Source: Paraclostridium sp. (GTDB taxonomy: Bacteria > Bacillota > Clostridia > Peptostreptococcales > Peptostreptococcaceae). From it: a stretch of DNA of 64,000 bases. The notes below the pieces were generated by a model. It saw only the letters and a list, made by a program, of their open reading frames with translations. It did no database searches and was not told the origin of the DNA. A program made the position numbers and the translations under genes. The stretch spans positions 13,479-77,478 of the forward strand of contig NZ_JBOGBV010000053.1 in assembly GCF_051656405.1 (NCBI RefSeq). Reading direction: 5' to 3'. Position 1 is the first letter of the stretch. Every line of letters starts with the position of its first letter. Positions 19,876-29,488 of this stretch are shown one piece after another.

Positions 19876-20184
19876 TTATAATTCGTCTAACACCTCTAAC
19901 CTATATTTTTTATCATCCACTTTATATTTATCATATAGTAAACTAGGATTATTTATAAGTTTAGTTTTATTTAACCTTGTAAGCTTTTTCAAAAAACATT
20001 CTAGCTTCATTGCATCACTGCGAGAATTACTACTCCAGTATATTTCTAAATTTTTAAATCCTCTTGCTCTAGTATATTTCGAGTTCTTTCCTATTTTATG
20101 TTCATTAATTCTTCTTTCAATATCGCTAGTGTAGCCAATGTAATAAGTTTCATCTTTACAAGTTATTATATATGTATAATACAT
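19876..20184 (-). CDS. Small GIY-YIG nuclease (UPF0213/YazA-like)
   Basis: YTYI...YYIGYT, RRINEH, SKYTR, conserved E. Confidence 0.88.
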   Translation of the reverse strand: MYYTYIITCKDETYYIGYTSDIERRINEHKIGKNSKYTRARGFKNLEIYWSSNSRSDAMKLECFLKKLTRLNKTKLINNPSLLYDKYKVDDKKYRLEVLDEL

Positions 20185-20229
20185 TTTTCCTCCAAAAAAT
20201 AAATTAAGCAGCTAAAAGCTGCTTAATAA

Positions 20230-20967
20230 TTAATATTTAACAGAATATAAGTATAGACCTTTAGCTGGAGCAGTATCTGATGATTTACTTCTATCTTTTG
20301 CGTCCAACATAAGTTTTATATCCTCAGGAGTTTTTTTATTTAACCCAACCTCTATTAAAGCTCCTGCTATTATTCTTACCATATTGTATAAAAAGCCATT
20401 ACCTTCTACAAATATGTCTATCATATCTTTATTTTTATTTATAGTTATACTGTGTATCTCTCTTACATTAGATTTCTTTTTTGATTTAGACGATGCAAAG
20501 CTTGTAAAATCATGTTCTCCCACTAAATACTCACTAGCTTTTTTCATCAATTCTATATCTAACGGCTTTTCTATATAAGTACTATATTTTCTCAAAAACA
20601 CATCTTGAGTTTTTGAATTATTTATTTTATATAAATAAACCTTTTGTTTTACATTATATCTTGAATGGAATCTTTCATCAACTTCTTCAACAGTTTTTAT
20701 AACTATATCCTCTGGTAAATAGTTATTTAAATAATCATTAATTTTTTTAACTGATAAATTAGAGTTTGTTTTAAAATTAGCTACTTGATTGTAAGCGTGA
20801 ACACCCATATCAGTTCTTCCTGATCCAATAATTTCTATTTTTTCATCTGCCATTTTACTAAGTACATCTTCAATCTTTCCTTGTATCGTATTATCGTTAT
20901 CTTTTAATCTTTGAAATCCCTTGTATCTTGATCCGTCATACTCAATAGTCATTTTAATATTTCTCAT
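20230..20967 (-). CDS. truA: tRNA pseudouridine(38-40) synthase
   Basis: YDGSRYKGFQ, GSGRTDMGVHA, GFLYNMVR, APAKGL. Confidence 0.95.
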   Translation of the reverse strand: MRNIKMTIEYDGSRYKGFQRLKDNDNTIQGKIEDVLSKMADEKIEIIGSGRTDMGVHAYNQVANFKTNSNLSVKKINDYLNNYLPEDIVIKTVEEVDERFHSRYNVKQKVYLYKINNSKTQDVFLRKYSTYIEKPLDIELMKKASEYLVGEHDFTSFASSKSKKKSNVREIHSITINKNKDMIDIFVEGNGFLYNMVRIIAGALIEVGLNKKTPEDIKLMLDAKDRSKSSDTAPAKGLYLYSVKY

Positions 20968-20980
20968 TTTTATCCTCTTT

Positions 20981-22402
20981 CTATACAGACTCCAGTAGTG
21001 TATTTTTCAATGTAAATATAATACATGTGCCTTCACCTTTTTTACTTTTTATTTTCATTTCTCCACCATGTAGTTTTACGATTTCGTTACTTATAGCAAG
21101 TCCTAAACCACTACCTGCTTTATTATAGTTTTCTTGGAAAAATTTATCTAATACCTTTTCTAAATTATGTTCTTCTATACCTTCTCCATTATCAACAACA
21201 CTAATAGTTGTATAATCTTCTTCTTGGTGAACTAAAACCTTTACATATCCATTTTCTTCTGTAAACTTTAAAGCATTTTGTACTAAGTTTATAAGAACTT
21301 GTCTTAATCTGTTTTTATCTCCTTGTATCGATCTCATTTGATGGTCTTCAACTTCACAACTTAATGAAATATTCTTTTCTTGTGACTTAACTTTCAATTG
21401 ATTAACAACTCCAAAAGCTAATTGTTGAATATCAACCATATCTATTTGAAGTTTAATTCTATCAGATGATAATCTTGAAAAATCTAAAAGCTCTTCAACT
21501 AGTTTAATAAGTCTTTCTGTTTCATCTTGAATTATTCCTAGTCCTAAATCTAACTCTTCTTTTCCAATTCCTTCAAATCCTAAAGTCTCACTCCATCCTT
21601 TAATTGATGTTAAAGGTGTCCTTAATTCATGTGAAATTGATGATATAAATTCTTCTTTTAGCTTTTCACTTTTGTCAATTTCTTTTGCCATATGTTCGAA
21701 TGTTTCTGCTAATTCTCCAATTTCATCATCAATTATAGCTCTTGGTTTTAATCTTATATTGTAATTACCATGAGCTAATTCATTTGCAAACTTTTTAAGT
21801 TCACTTAATGGATCAATCAAAGTATATGCAAATTTTAAACTTATAGATATTGCTATTAATAAAATAAATATACCTGCAAGTATTAGCCCTAAAACTATCT
21901 TAAATATAGTTCTATCAATGTAATCTAGTGAAACAGTATATCTTGCGACTCCTTCAATTTGATTATTAGATTTTAAAGGTACTGAAATACTCATAACATG
22001 TTCTCCAGTATCTTTTATTCTATATGTGCTTGTTGTTGTTTTATTTTTTAGAGCTTCATTTACATCTTCATAATGAGCTTTTTCTCTACTTCTAAACCCA
22101 TATTGATCAATTATAATATTCTTCTTTTTGTCTATTATCTCTAATGCCATTTTTGAATCACTATCTATATCTCTTTTATCATACAAATTATTAACCTTTT
22201 GCTCAAATGAACTATCTCCCATATATCCACTATATATGCTATCAGTGTTACTAGCTTGATGCATAAGTGTTCTTCTTATCGAGTCATAATAATAATTTTG
22301 AGCATAGAATATAAATAGTCCTTCAAATAGTGTTACAGTTATAATAATTATTATAAAATAATTTTTTATTATTTTTTTTCTAAGTCCTGCAAAGTGTATC
22401 AC
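20981..22402 (-). CDS. HAMP-domain sensor histidine kinase
   Basis: Two TM segments, SHELRTPL, NALKF, DNGEG, GSGLGL; probable GTG start at 22402 overlapping the response-regulator stop. Confidence 0.92.
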   Translation of the reverse strand: MIHFAGLRKKIIKNYFIIIIITVTLFEGLFIFYAQNYYYDSIRRTLMHQASNTDSIYSGYMGDSSFEQKVNNLYDKRDIDSDSKMALEIIDKKKNIIIDQYGFRSREKAHYEDVNEALKNKTTTSTYRIKDTGEHVMSISVPLKSNNQIEGVARYTVSLDYIDRTIFKIVLGLILAGIFILLIAISISLKFAYTLIDPLSELKKFANELAHGNYNIRLKPRAIIDDEIGELAETFEHMAKEIDKSEKLKEEFISSISHELRTPLTSIKGWSETLGFEGIGKEELDLGLGIIQDETERLIKLVEELLDFSRLSSDRIKLQIDMVDIQQLAFGVVNQLKVKSQEKNISLSCEVEDHQMRSIQGDKNRLRQVLINLVQNALKFTEENGYVKVLVHQEEDYTTISVVDNGEGIEEHNLEKVLDKFFQENYNKAGSGLGLAISNEIVKLHGGEMKIKSKKGEGTCIIFTLKNTLLESV

Positions 22403-23103
22403 TATTGTTCTTCCTTTCTCCAACAGTAACCATATCCCCAAACCGTTTGTATAAATTTAGGTTTTGATGGATCATCTTCTATTTTATTTCTTATTCTTCT
22501 GATATTTACATCAACTATCTTAAAATCATATAAATAATTAGTTCCCCATACTTCATCTAAAATTTGATCTCTACTTAAAGATTGTTTTTCATTTGTTATT
22601 AAAAACTTAACGATTGAAAATTCTGTTGGAGTTAACTCTATATCTGAATTATTTTTAGTTAACTTTCTTTTTTCTAAATCTAATATGAAAGGTCCACTTT
22701 CTATTATACTTTTATTCTTTGCATTTGCCTCTCTATTAATTCTTCTTGAAAGAGCACTTACTCTCATAAGCAATTCCTTTATACTAAATGGTTTAACCAT
22801 ATAGTCATCTGCTCCAGATATAAAGCCTTCTATTTTGTCTTCTTCCTGAGATTTAGCTGTAAGCATTATAATCCCAACTGAATCAAAATTGTTTCTTATA
22901 TGCTTACATACATCTATTCCACTCATATCAGGTAACATAACATCTAACAATGCTATAGATATATTTTTTTCATTTGTTATTTTATCTATAGCTTCTTGTC
23001 CTGTTCCCGCTTCTATAACTTCATAGCCTTCTCTTTTTAAATTTATGCTTACAAAACTTCTTATACCTATTTCATCTTCTAAAATCAAGATTTTTTCATT
23101 CAT
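22402..23103 (-). CDS. OmpR-family response regulator
   Basis: LLDVMLP, LTAK, GADDYMVKPF, TVWGYGY. Confidence 0.95.
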   Translation of the reverse strand: MNEKILILEDEIGIRSFVSINLKREGYEVIEAGTGQEAIDKITNEKNISIALLDVMLPDMSGIDVCKHIRNNFDSVGIIMLTAKSQEEDKIEGFISGADDYMVKPFSIKELLMRVSALSRRINREANAKNKSIIESGPFILDLEKRKLTKNNSDIELTPTEFSIVKFLITNEKQSLSRDQILDEVWGTNYLYDFKIVDVNIRRIRNKIEDDPSKPKFIQTVWGYGYCWRKEEQ

Positions 23104-23122
23104 AATACTTCCTCCCTGTAAC

Positions 23123-24493
23123 CTAATAAATTGGTAAAAAATACCCTTTTATTGCTTCATTTGATATATCTAATTTTTTTAATACTTCAGGACTATTTAC
23201 AAGCAACATAAATGATGCCTTGTCATTTTCTAAAATTATATATCCTCCATTATTAGTAGTCGAATTAGCACTTTTACTTTCATCAACATTATTTTTATTT
23301 ACCTTACTAATAGTAAATAACTTTATAGGTTCTGTATGTTGAGTATCATAATACATAAATTCAAAATAAAGTTTATTATCTTTTGGAACTTCTTCAATAT
23401 ATATTTTATTGGCTAAATTATTAGGTATAAGCAATTTAAAATTATTAGAGTAATTGTAATAAACTTGACTTACAAAAACTAAATTTGATTCTTCATTCTC
23501 TTTTCCATTCCAACCATACCAACTTACATTAGCAGATGTTTTTTTATTGTATCCTCTAGTATTATTATTGATTATAGGTATCTCCACAACTCCATCGTGA
23601 TTAATATCTTCTGGAGCCATATAATATGGATTCTTTGTTTTTATATCATTCTCATCAAATGCTTTCATCAATTTATTTCCACTCAAATACAGTATTTGAG
23701 TAAAATAAGATTCTCCACCTGTAAAAGGCTTGTATCCTAAAATAATTGCTTTTTTATCTTTTCGTACCTTTTCTATATCTATATATACATTATCTAAACT
23801 TTTTACATCGTTTATTATTGTATAATCTTTAAGCCTTATGTATTTATCGAAATAAGTTAAACTCACTATCATTTTATGAGTTTCTGGATTTAAACTACAT
23901 ATAACCATATCAGGCGTTCCATCATTATCTAGATTATCTATATATACCTTTGTATCAGTATATTCATTTGAATCCTTTATCCAATTTGGATCAAATCTAT
24001 ATAGCCTAGTTATCTTATTATTCTTAAATTGGCATATATCTAAATTACTCTTATTTCCATTTTTAGTTAATAATATTATTTCTTTATTCCCATCATTATC
24101 TAAATCAGAAAAGTATGTATACTCAATACTTTCTCCTGTAACTAAATATTCATCTACAACCGAATATACACTATCTTTTCCATAGTTCATTATGGAAAAG
24201 CCAACTTTTACACTTCCTTCATCTATATCTTCATTTTTTTGAAATACAACTAATTCATTTACTCCATTTTTATCTAAGTCAACTTCATTTATAGAGGATA
24301 CATCTGAAGAATTTTTAGGTAGTAATGGTTTTGCTCCCTTTAAGGCACTCTCTATATTAACTTTTAACCTTAGTTTTTGTTCATTATAAGTAGGCTTTTC
24401 GATTAATTGTTCAGGTGATGCTGTACTTGTAGTACATCCTACATTTAAAAATCCTGCAAATAAAATCAATACAATTAATTTAAATAGCTTCAT
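23123..24493 (-). CDS. Lipoprotein with FG-GAP/VCBS-like Ca-binding repeats
   Basis: Lipobox LNVGC; DLDKNGVNE, DLDNDGNKE, NLDNDGTPD, DINHDGVVE. Confidence 0.8.
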   Translation of the reverse strand: MKLFKLIVLILFAGFLNVGCTTSTASPEQLIEKPTYNEQKLRLKVNIESALKGAKPLLPKNSSDVSSINEVDLDKNGVNELVVFQKNEDIDEGSVKVGFSIMNYGKDSVYSVVDEYLVTGESIEYTYFSDLDNDGNKEIILLTKNGNKSNLDICQFKNNKITRLYRFDPNWIKDSNEYTDTKVYIDNLDNDGTPDMVICSLNPETHKMIVSLTYFDKYIRLKDYTIINDVKSLDNVYIDIEKVRKDKKAIILGYKPFTGGESYFTQILYLSGNKLMKAFDENDIKTKNPYYMAPEDINHDGVVEIPIINNNTRGYNKKTSANVSWYGWNGKENEESNLVFVSQVYYNYSNNFKLLIPNNLANKIYIEEVPKDNKLYFEFMYYDTQHTEPIKLFTISKVNKNNVDESKSANSTTNNGGYIILENDKASFMLLVNSPEVLKKLDISNEAIKGYFLPIY

Positions 24494-25129
24494 TTATTTT
24501 TCCTCTCTAGTTTTTAAATAAGCTTTAAACTTCTCTAGATTTTCTAGCTCTTTTTCCCTAATTTCACTAGTAATATTTCCTCTCCCTAATCTATCTGCCA
24601 TCGATATTAAGGCAACCTCATTATAATCAATTTCTTTTATCATTTCTTCACAGCTAAAAAAAGGTAAGTTCTTATCAAAAAATAATGGTTGCATATGATA
24701 TCTAACTAATTTAGAAACTGTATATTTTAATTCTTCATCATCTGTAAGCTTGTCCAAAATTTGTTTAGAAATTTGTTCACCTTCTACATCATGATTATAA
24801 GAAGTAATCCTTCCCTTTCTAATCTTAGTAGTAGTAATCTTTCCAATATCATGAAGAAGTGCTGCCCACATAAAAGATAAACTATCTTTAGAAATTTTTT
24901 TTATTTGAGCTGCATTATCTAAAACTAATAACACATGGTTTAAAACATTTCCCTCTGGATGATATTTTGGGTTTTGATCTATTGTTTCAAGCTTTAAAAG
25001 TTTGTCTTTAAGTTCAAAAGAATATCTATCATCCGAAATTATTTTTTTTATATATAAAGAAGGTGTTTCATCTTCTATTAAATGATTACTCATTTCTTTA
25101 AAAGTTAATTTTTGACTCATAGTGTACAC
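24494..25129 (-). CDS. HD (HDIG)-domain phosphohydrolase, similar to the CCA-adding-enzyme HD domain
   Basis: QNPKYHPEG, LLHDIGK, YNHD, RYHM, ADRLGR. Confidence 0.85.
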   Translation of the reverse strand: MYTMSQKLTFKEMSNHLIEDETPSLYIKKIISDDRYSFELKDKLLKLETIDQNPKYHPEGNVLNHVLLVLDNAAQIKKISKDSLSFMWAALLHDIGKITTTKIRKGRITSYNHDVEGEQISKQILDKLTDDEELKYTVSKLVRYHMQPLFFDKNLPFFSCEEMIKEIDYNEVALISMADRLGRGNITSEIREKELENLEKFKAYLKTREEK

Positions 25130-25195
25130 ATCCTTATGTTAGTTTTTAAATTTCCAAAACAAGAGCTTATTAAAATAAGCTCTTGTTTTGAATTT

Positions 25196-25594
25196 TTATT
25201 CTTGTGAGTTATCTATTTCATCTATAACTTTTGTTTCTTCTTCAATTTTTTCAGATTTCTTATTTTTTGCTAATTCCTCATTTTTTATAACTTTATTATT
25301 TCTAGACTTGTTACTTGAGGTACTAACTTTATTGTTTTTTGGAAATAAATTAAAATTTAGCTTAATTCCATTTTTTTTCTGATTATTATTTGAATTAGCT
25401 TTTATACCATACTTTGATTTATCTCTTTCTGGAACTAAATCATTTAATACTATTTCAGCTTCCTTATCTTCTTTATCCATAATGTCATTTAATACTACTT
25501 CTTCCTTTAATACTTCTTTTGCTTGGTTATGTTTATTCTTGTTAGTTCTTTTCCTTGGCTGAGCTTTACTATTTTTTTTGGCTGACAATCTCAT
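25196..25594 (-). CDS. Hypothetical low-complexity Lys/Asn/Glu-rich protein
   Basis: ATG with GGGGGGA RBS, followed by a terminator-like hairpin at ~25156-25189. Confidence 0.6.
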   Translation of the reverse strand: MRLSAKKNSKAQPRKRTNKNKHNQAKEVLKEEVVLNDIMDKEDKEAEIVLNDLVPERDKSKYGIKANSNNNQKKNGIKLNFNLFPKNNKVSTSSNKSRNNKVIKNEELAKNKKSEKIEEETKVIDEIDNSQE

Positions 25595-25651
25595 TTATAT
25601 CCCCCCTTAAATTTATTACTACACTATATTTATATTTAAGAGGGCTTGTAA

Positions 25652-26809
25652 TTATTTATTATTATTCATATATTTAGGTGGCTTAGGTCCTACATATTGA
25701 TATATATAAGTTTTTAATCTACCATTATATAATTTTCTCTTTTTAGTAGCTTTTTTATTAAATGCATTTTCAAAGTCTTCATACGAAGTAACCATGTAAT
25801 AAGACCATGTTTTAAGCTCTTTAAATGCATAACCTAAATCTTTGTATAGTTTTTTTACAGTTTGCTTATCTTCTAACCTTTCTCCATAAGGAGGATTTGT
25901 AACTATAAATCCAAATTTTTCTTCACTTTCAAAGTTTTTAGCATTGAAAACTTTAAACTCTACATACTCTTCTACACCTGCAAGTTCTGCATTTTTTTGA
26001 GCTATCATAACAGCTTCTTTATCTATATCATATCCTTGAATTTTAAAATCTACATCTGTATTCATTTTTTCAAATGCTTCTTTTCTTACATCCCACCATA
26101 TATTTTTATCCATAGTAGTCCACTTTTCAGATATAAACTCTCTATTAAGTCCAGGAGCCATATTCAGTCCTAACATAGCAGCCTCTATTACTATAGTTCC
26201 TGATCCACACATAGGGTCAACAAAAATTCTTCCTGGCTGCCAAGGAGTTAACTGTACCATAGCAGATGCCATAGTTTCTCTTAATGGAGCCTTTGTTGAT
26301 ACTTCTCTATATCCTCTTTTATGAAGTGCCATCCCACTTGTATCTAATGTTATAGTTACTATGTCTTTATGAATAAACACTTGTATTGGATATTTTTCTT
26401 TAGTTTCTGGTAACATACCATCTTCTTGATAACTAGTTTTTAAACTTTCTACTACAGCTTTTTTTACAATTGCTTGTATATCTGAAGTTGAAAATAATTT
26501 AGATTTTATTGAAGATGCCTTTGAAACAGGGAATTCTCCACCATATGGAATGTATTTTGCCCAATTTATAGCTTTTGTGCTTTCAAATAAATCATTAAAA
26601 GTTTTAGCTTCAAACTCAGCAACTTTTAAAAGAACTCTTTCAGCAGTTCTTAGCCATATATTAGACATTGCTATTCCTTTTTCATCTGTTTTATACGTTA
26701 CTCTTCCATCTTCAGTTTTTATTATTTCATAACCTAAGTTTGATATTTCATTTTTTAATATTTTTTCTATACCGAAAAAACACGGTGTTATTAATGTGTA
26801 ATTTTTCAT
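25652..26809 (-). CDS. THUMP-domain RNA methyltransferase (RlmL/YpsC-like)
   Basis: LHKRGYR, APLRET, DPMCGSGT, TNPPYGER. Confidence 0.92.
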   Translation of the reverse strand: MKNYTLITPCFFGIEKILKNEISNLGYEIIKTEDGRVTYKTDEKGIAMSNIWLRTAERVLLKVAEFEAKTFNDLFESTKAINWAKYIPYGGEFPVSKASSIKSKLFSTSDIQAIVKKAVVESLKTSYQEDGMLPETKEKYPIQVFIHKDIVTITLDTSGMALHKRGYREVSTKAPLRETMASAMVQLTPWQPGRIFVDPMCGSGTIVIEAAMLGLNMAPGLNREFISEKWTTMDKNIWWDVRKEAFEKMNTDVDFKIQGYDIDKEAVMIAQKNAELAGVEEYVEFKVFNAKNFESEEKFGFIVTNPPYGERLEDKQTVKKLYKDLGYAFKELKTWSYYMVTSYEDFENAFNKKATKKRKLYNGRLKTYIYQYVGPKPPKYMNNNK

Positions 26810-26818
26810 GTCTTCCTC

Positions 26819-27628
26819 CTATTGCTTAATGCTATCATTCATATTGCCCATTCGATAACCTAATAAATCTAAAGTTATATACCTAAATCCAATATCTTTA
26901 AACTTATCATGTGTAGTTTTTAATAAATTTTCATCAAAAAATTTATGTATCTCATTTTCTTCTACTTCTATTCTCGCTAAATTGCCATGTACTCTTACTC
27001 TAAATTGTTTAAATCCTAAATCTTGTAAGTATTCTTCACTTTTTTCAATCATTCTAAGCTTATCATTGGTTATAACTTCTCCATAAGGTATTCTTGTAGC
27101 CAAGCATGCAAATGCAGGCTTATTAAATGTAGGAACATTAAGTTCTTTTGATAAGCTTCTAATTTCTTTTTTCGTTAATAAACTATCCTTTAAAGGGCTT
27201 TTTATATTTAACTCTTCCAATGCTTTTAAGCCTGGTCTGTAATCTCCTAAATCATCTAAATTTGTTCCATCTAAAACATAATTTATATTATTGTCGTTAG
27301 CTATATTTTTTATATTCGTAAATATAGTTTTTTTACAGTAGTAACATCTTTTTTCATCATTTTCGATAAATTCTTTAACGTCAAAGTCATCAATTTTTAT
27401 AACTATATGTTTTACACCTAATGCTTTTGTAAATTCCTTAGCTTCTTCTATTTCTCTATTTGAATGCATCATAGCATGTATTGTAACCGCTATGCATTTA
27501 TCTCCTAACACATCATGTGCTACTTTTAATAAAAAAGTACTATCTACTCCACCTGAAAATGCAATTATAACACTTTCCATTTCTTTAAGTTTATTCTTTA
27601 GAATATTTAGCTTATTTGAAGTATCCAT
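26819..27628 (-). CDS. larE: LarE ATP-dependent sulfur transferase (nickel-pincer cofactor biosynthesis)
   Basis: PP-loop SGGVDS, RCYYCK, DGTNLDD, DYRPG, ACLATR, RVRVH; probable ATG at 27628 with GGGAGG RBS. Confidence 0.9.
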   Translation of the reverse strand: MDTSNKLNILKNKLKEMESVIIAFSGGVDSTFLLKVAHDVLGDKCIAVTIHAMMHSNREIEEAKEFTKALGVKHIVIKIDDFDVKEFIENDEKRCYYCKKTIFTNIKNIANDNNINYVLDGTNLDDLGDYRPGLKALEELNIKSPLKDSLLTKKEIRSLSKELNVPTFNKPAFACLATRIPYGEVITNDKLRMIEKSEEYLQDLGFKQFRVRVHGNLARIEVEENEIHKFFDENLLKTTHDKFKDIGFRYITLDLLGYRMGNMNDSIKQ

Positions 27629-27711
27629 TCCCACATACCTCCCCCATTTTCTAATACATTTAATTATATACAATATATAGTTTTTTATCAAACATTTTAG
27701 AAGATGTGTCG

Positions 27712-27745
27712 ATATTGTAATATTTTGTTTTTATTTGAGTTTTTT
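27712..27745 (+). repeat. 34-bp direct repeat, copy 1 (upstream of larE)
   Basis: ATATTGTAATATTTTGTTTTTATTTGAGTTTTTT; 33/34 identical to 28501-28534. Confidence 0.85.
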
Positions 27746-27842
27746 ACCTTTTTGTATAATTAAAACAAAAAGAGTTGTCTTAATTTCTAAGACAACTCTT
27801 TTTGTTTTACCTTAAAATACTTTCTACTTTAAATATATAAAT

Positions 27843-28361
27843 TTAATAAGTTCTTTTTCTATTTTTATGCTTTAATAATTCTTGTTTATAAAGTTCTCGC
27901 CTTTCTCTTTTTATTTGCAATTCTCTCTCTCTTCTTGCTTCTTTTTTCTTTTTAGATTTAATTGTATAAGCCCCAATACCTTTTAAAGTTGATACCACTC
28001 CTATAGCTATAGATATCTTAGGTAATAGTTTAACTATCTCTAAGTTAGTAAATAGCGTTTCTAACATGTTGTTGTCTATAAAAGTTGGTACTAAAAAAAA
28101 CGGAGTCCATGATGCTAAAATACTTAGCAATGTAGAAAAAATTGAGTTTTCTTCATCTTCAATAGCCTTAAAAGATATATAAAATGCTATCATATATATA
28201 ATAGGCGGTATCATAAAAAACATTATGTCATTTGTTGCATTATTAGAATTACTTTTTAAGTTTACATATACCATCGTATATGTAACTATTTCTATTGAAA
28301 ATAGTACTGCAATTATAATTGAAAGAGATTTTATCATAGAGCTATTTTGTTTTTCCCCCAT
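27843..28361 (-). CDS. Hypothetical membrane protein (about 4 TM, basic C-tail)
   Basis: Hydrophobic segments; GGAGG RBS; own terminator at ~27762-27808. Confidence 0.75.
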   Translation of the reverse strand: MGEKQNSSMIKSLSIIIAVLFSIEIVTYTMVYVNLKSNSNNATNDIMFFMIPPIIYMIAFYISFKAIEDEENSIFSTLLSILASWTPFFLVPTFIDNNMLETLFTNLEIVKLLPKISIAIGVVSTLKGIGAYTIKSKKKKEARRERELQIKRERRELYKQELLKHKNRKRTY

Positions 28362-28500
28362 CAGCTGCCTCCCTATTTAGATTTTAAAAACAATATAGTT
28401 AACTAAAACTTTTAATTACATCTAAAATATTATCATATGATTCTGAATTTTAATACTAAAAATATCCAGTTTTTATTCAAAATTTTTATAAAATTTATTC

Positions 28501-28534
28501 ATATTGTAATACTTTGTTTTTATTTGAGTTTTTT
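28501..28534 (+). repeat. 34-bp direct repeat, copy 2 (upstream of the membrane-protein gene)
   Basis: ATATTGTAATACTTTGTTTTTATTTGAGTTTTTT. Confidence 0.85.
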
Positions 28535-28575
28535 GTATATATATTATATTATAAACTTATCAGGGAGGGGATATT

Positions 28576-28815
28576 GTGACTTTAGATTTTAAACATTTAA
28601 ATGACTTGCTTAGATGTAATAAAAATATAAAAATCGGTTTTATAGAAAATACTAATACATTAGAAATTAAGAACTTATCTAAATTACTTTCAACATTAGA
28701 ACTTAAAAGTAATAGTATTGAAGATAATGCTAAATTTATTTATGATACTATTACAAACTTAGAAAATATAACTTTGTACATACCAAAAATTTATATACCA
28801 GAAAAAAGGGATTAG
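28576..28815 (+). CDS. Small hypothetical protein
   Basis: GTG start with strong GGGAGGGG RBS; hairpin GGGATTAG..CTAATCCC at the stop. Confidence 0.7.
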   Translation: MTLDFKHLNDLLRCNKNIKIGFIENTNTLEIKNLSKLLSTLELKSNSIEDNAKFIYDTITNLENITLYIPKIYIPEKRD

Positions 28816-28834
28816 TTGTACTAATCCCTGAACA

Positions 28835-29488
28835 TTATTTTATTTCTTTATCTTTATATAATTTTAAACTTATTATCATAGATATTGTTATCATAAATAA
28901 ACTTATTATAGTTGTAACCATAGGAAACCCTACTGAACTTATTATGTTAATAATAGTATCCATAAATTCTTTATCTGAACTAGCCCCTTGTATAATACCT
29001 GTTCCTACTCCAATTAGTAAAAAAACCACTAAAAAATTTATTATTTTTCCTTTGGTTACTCCAAGCTTTAAAACTACAGGTATTATAACCGATATAACTA
29101 ATACTGATGACAATACCCCTGTTATTATCAATAATTCTAAAGACACATCAGTTTTATTAACTTTGCTTATACTAAAGTATACTCCTAATAATAAAACCAT
29201 AGATATTATTACCCCAAATATTCCTAAAACATATCTAGATATTACATACTCACTTCTTTTTACTGGAAGTGTTGATATAAGATTGTCTATACCATGCATA
29301 TCCTCATATGCCATGGTTTGATATACAATTAAATATGAACCCATACAAAATAGCATACTTAAAAATGACGGAGAAAATATCGATACTATAATCCATATAC
29401 AAAATACAAGCCCAATACTTTTTATAACCGAACTTAAATTATTTAAACTCATTTTTGTAAGATTTATTATATTTACCATATCTAACAC
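28835..29488 (-). CDS. ABC-2 type transporter permease
   Basis: About 6 TM segments; TLPVKRSEYVISRY motif. Confidence 0.88.
   Translation of the reverse strand: MLDMVNIINLTKMSLNNLSSVIKSIGLVFCIWIIVSIFSPSFLSMLFCMGSYLIVYQTMAYEDMHGIDNLISTLPVKRSEYVISRYVLGIFGVIISMVLLLGVYFSISKVNKTDVSLELLIITGVLSSVLVISVIIPVVLKLGVTKGKIINFLVVFLLIGVGTGIIQGASSDKEFMDTIINIISSVGFPMVTTIISLFMITISMIISLKLYKDKEIK

Noticed and set aside
19876-20184. GIY-YIG protein as a homing endonuclease or mobile intron
   Set aside because: Short stand-alone UPF0213-type domain with no DNA-binding extension and no interrupted host gene
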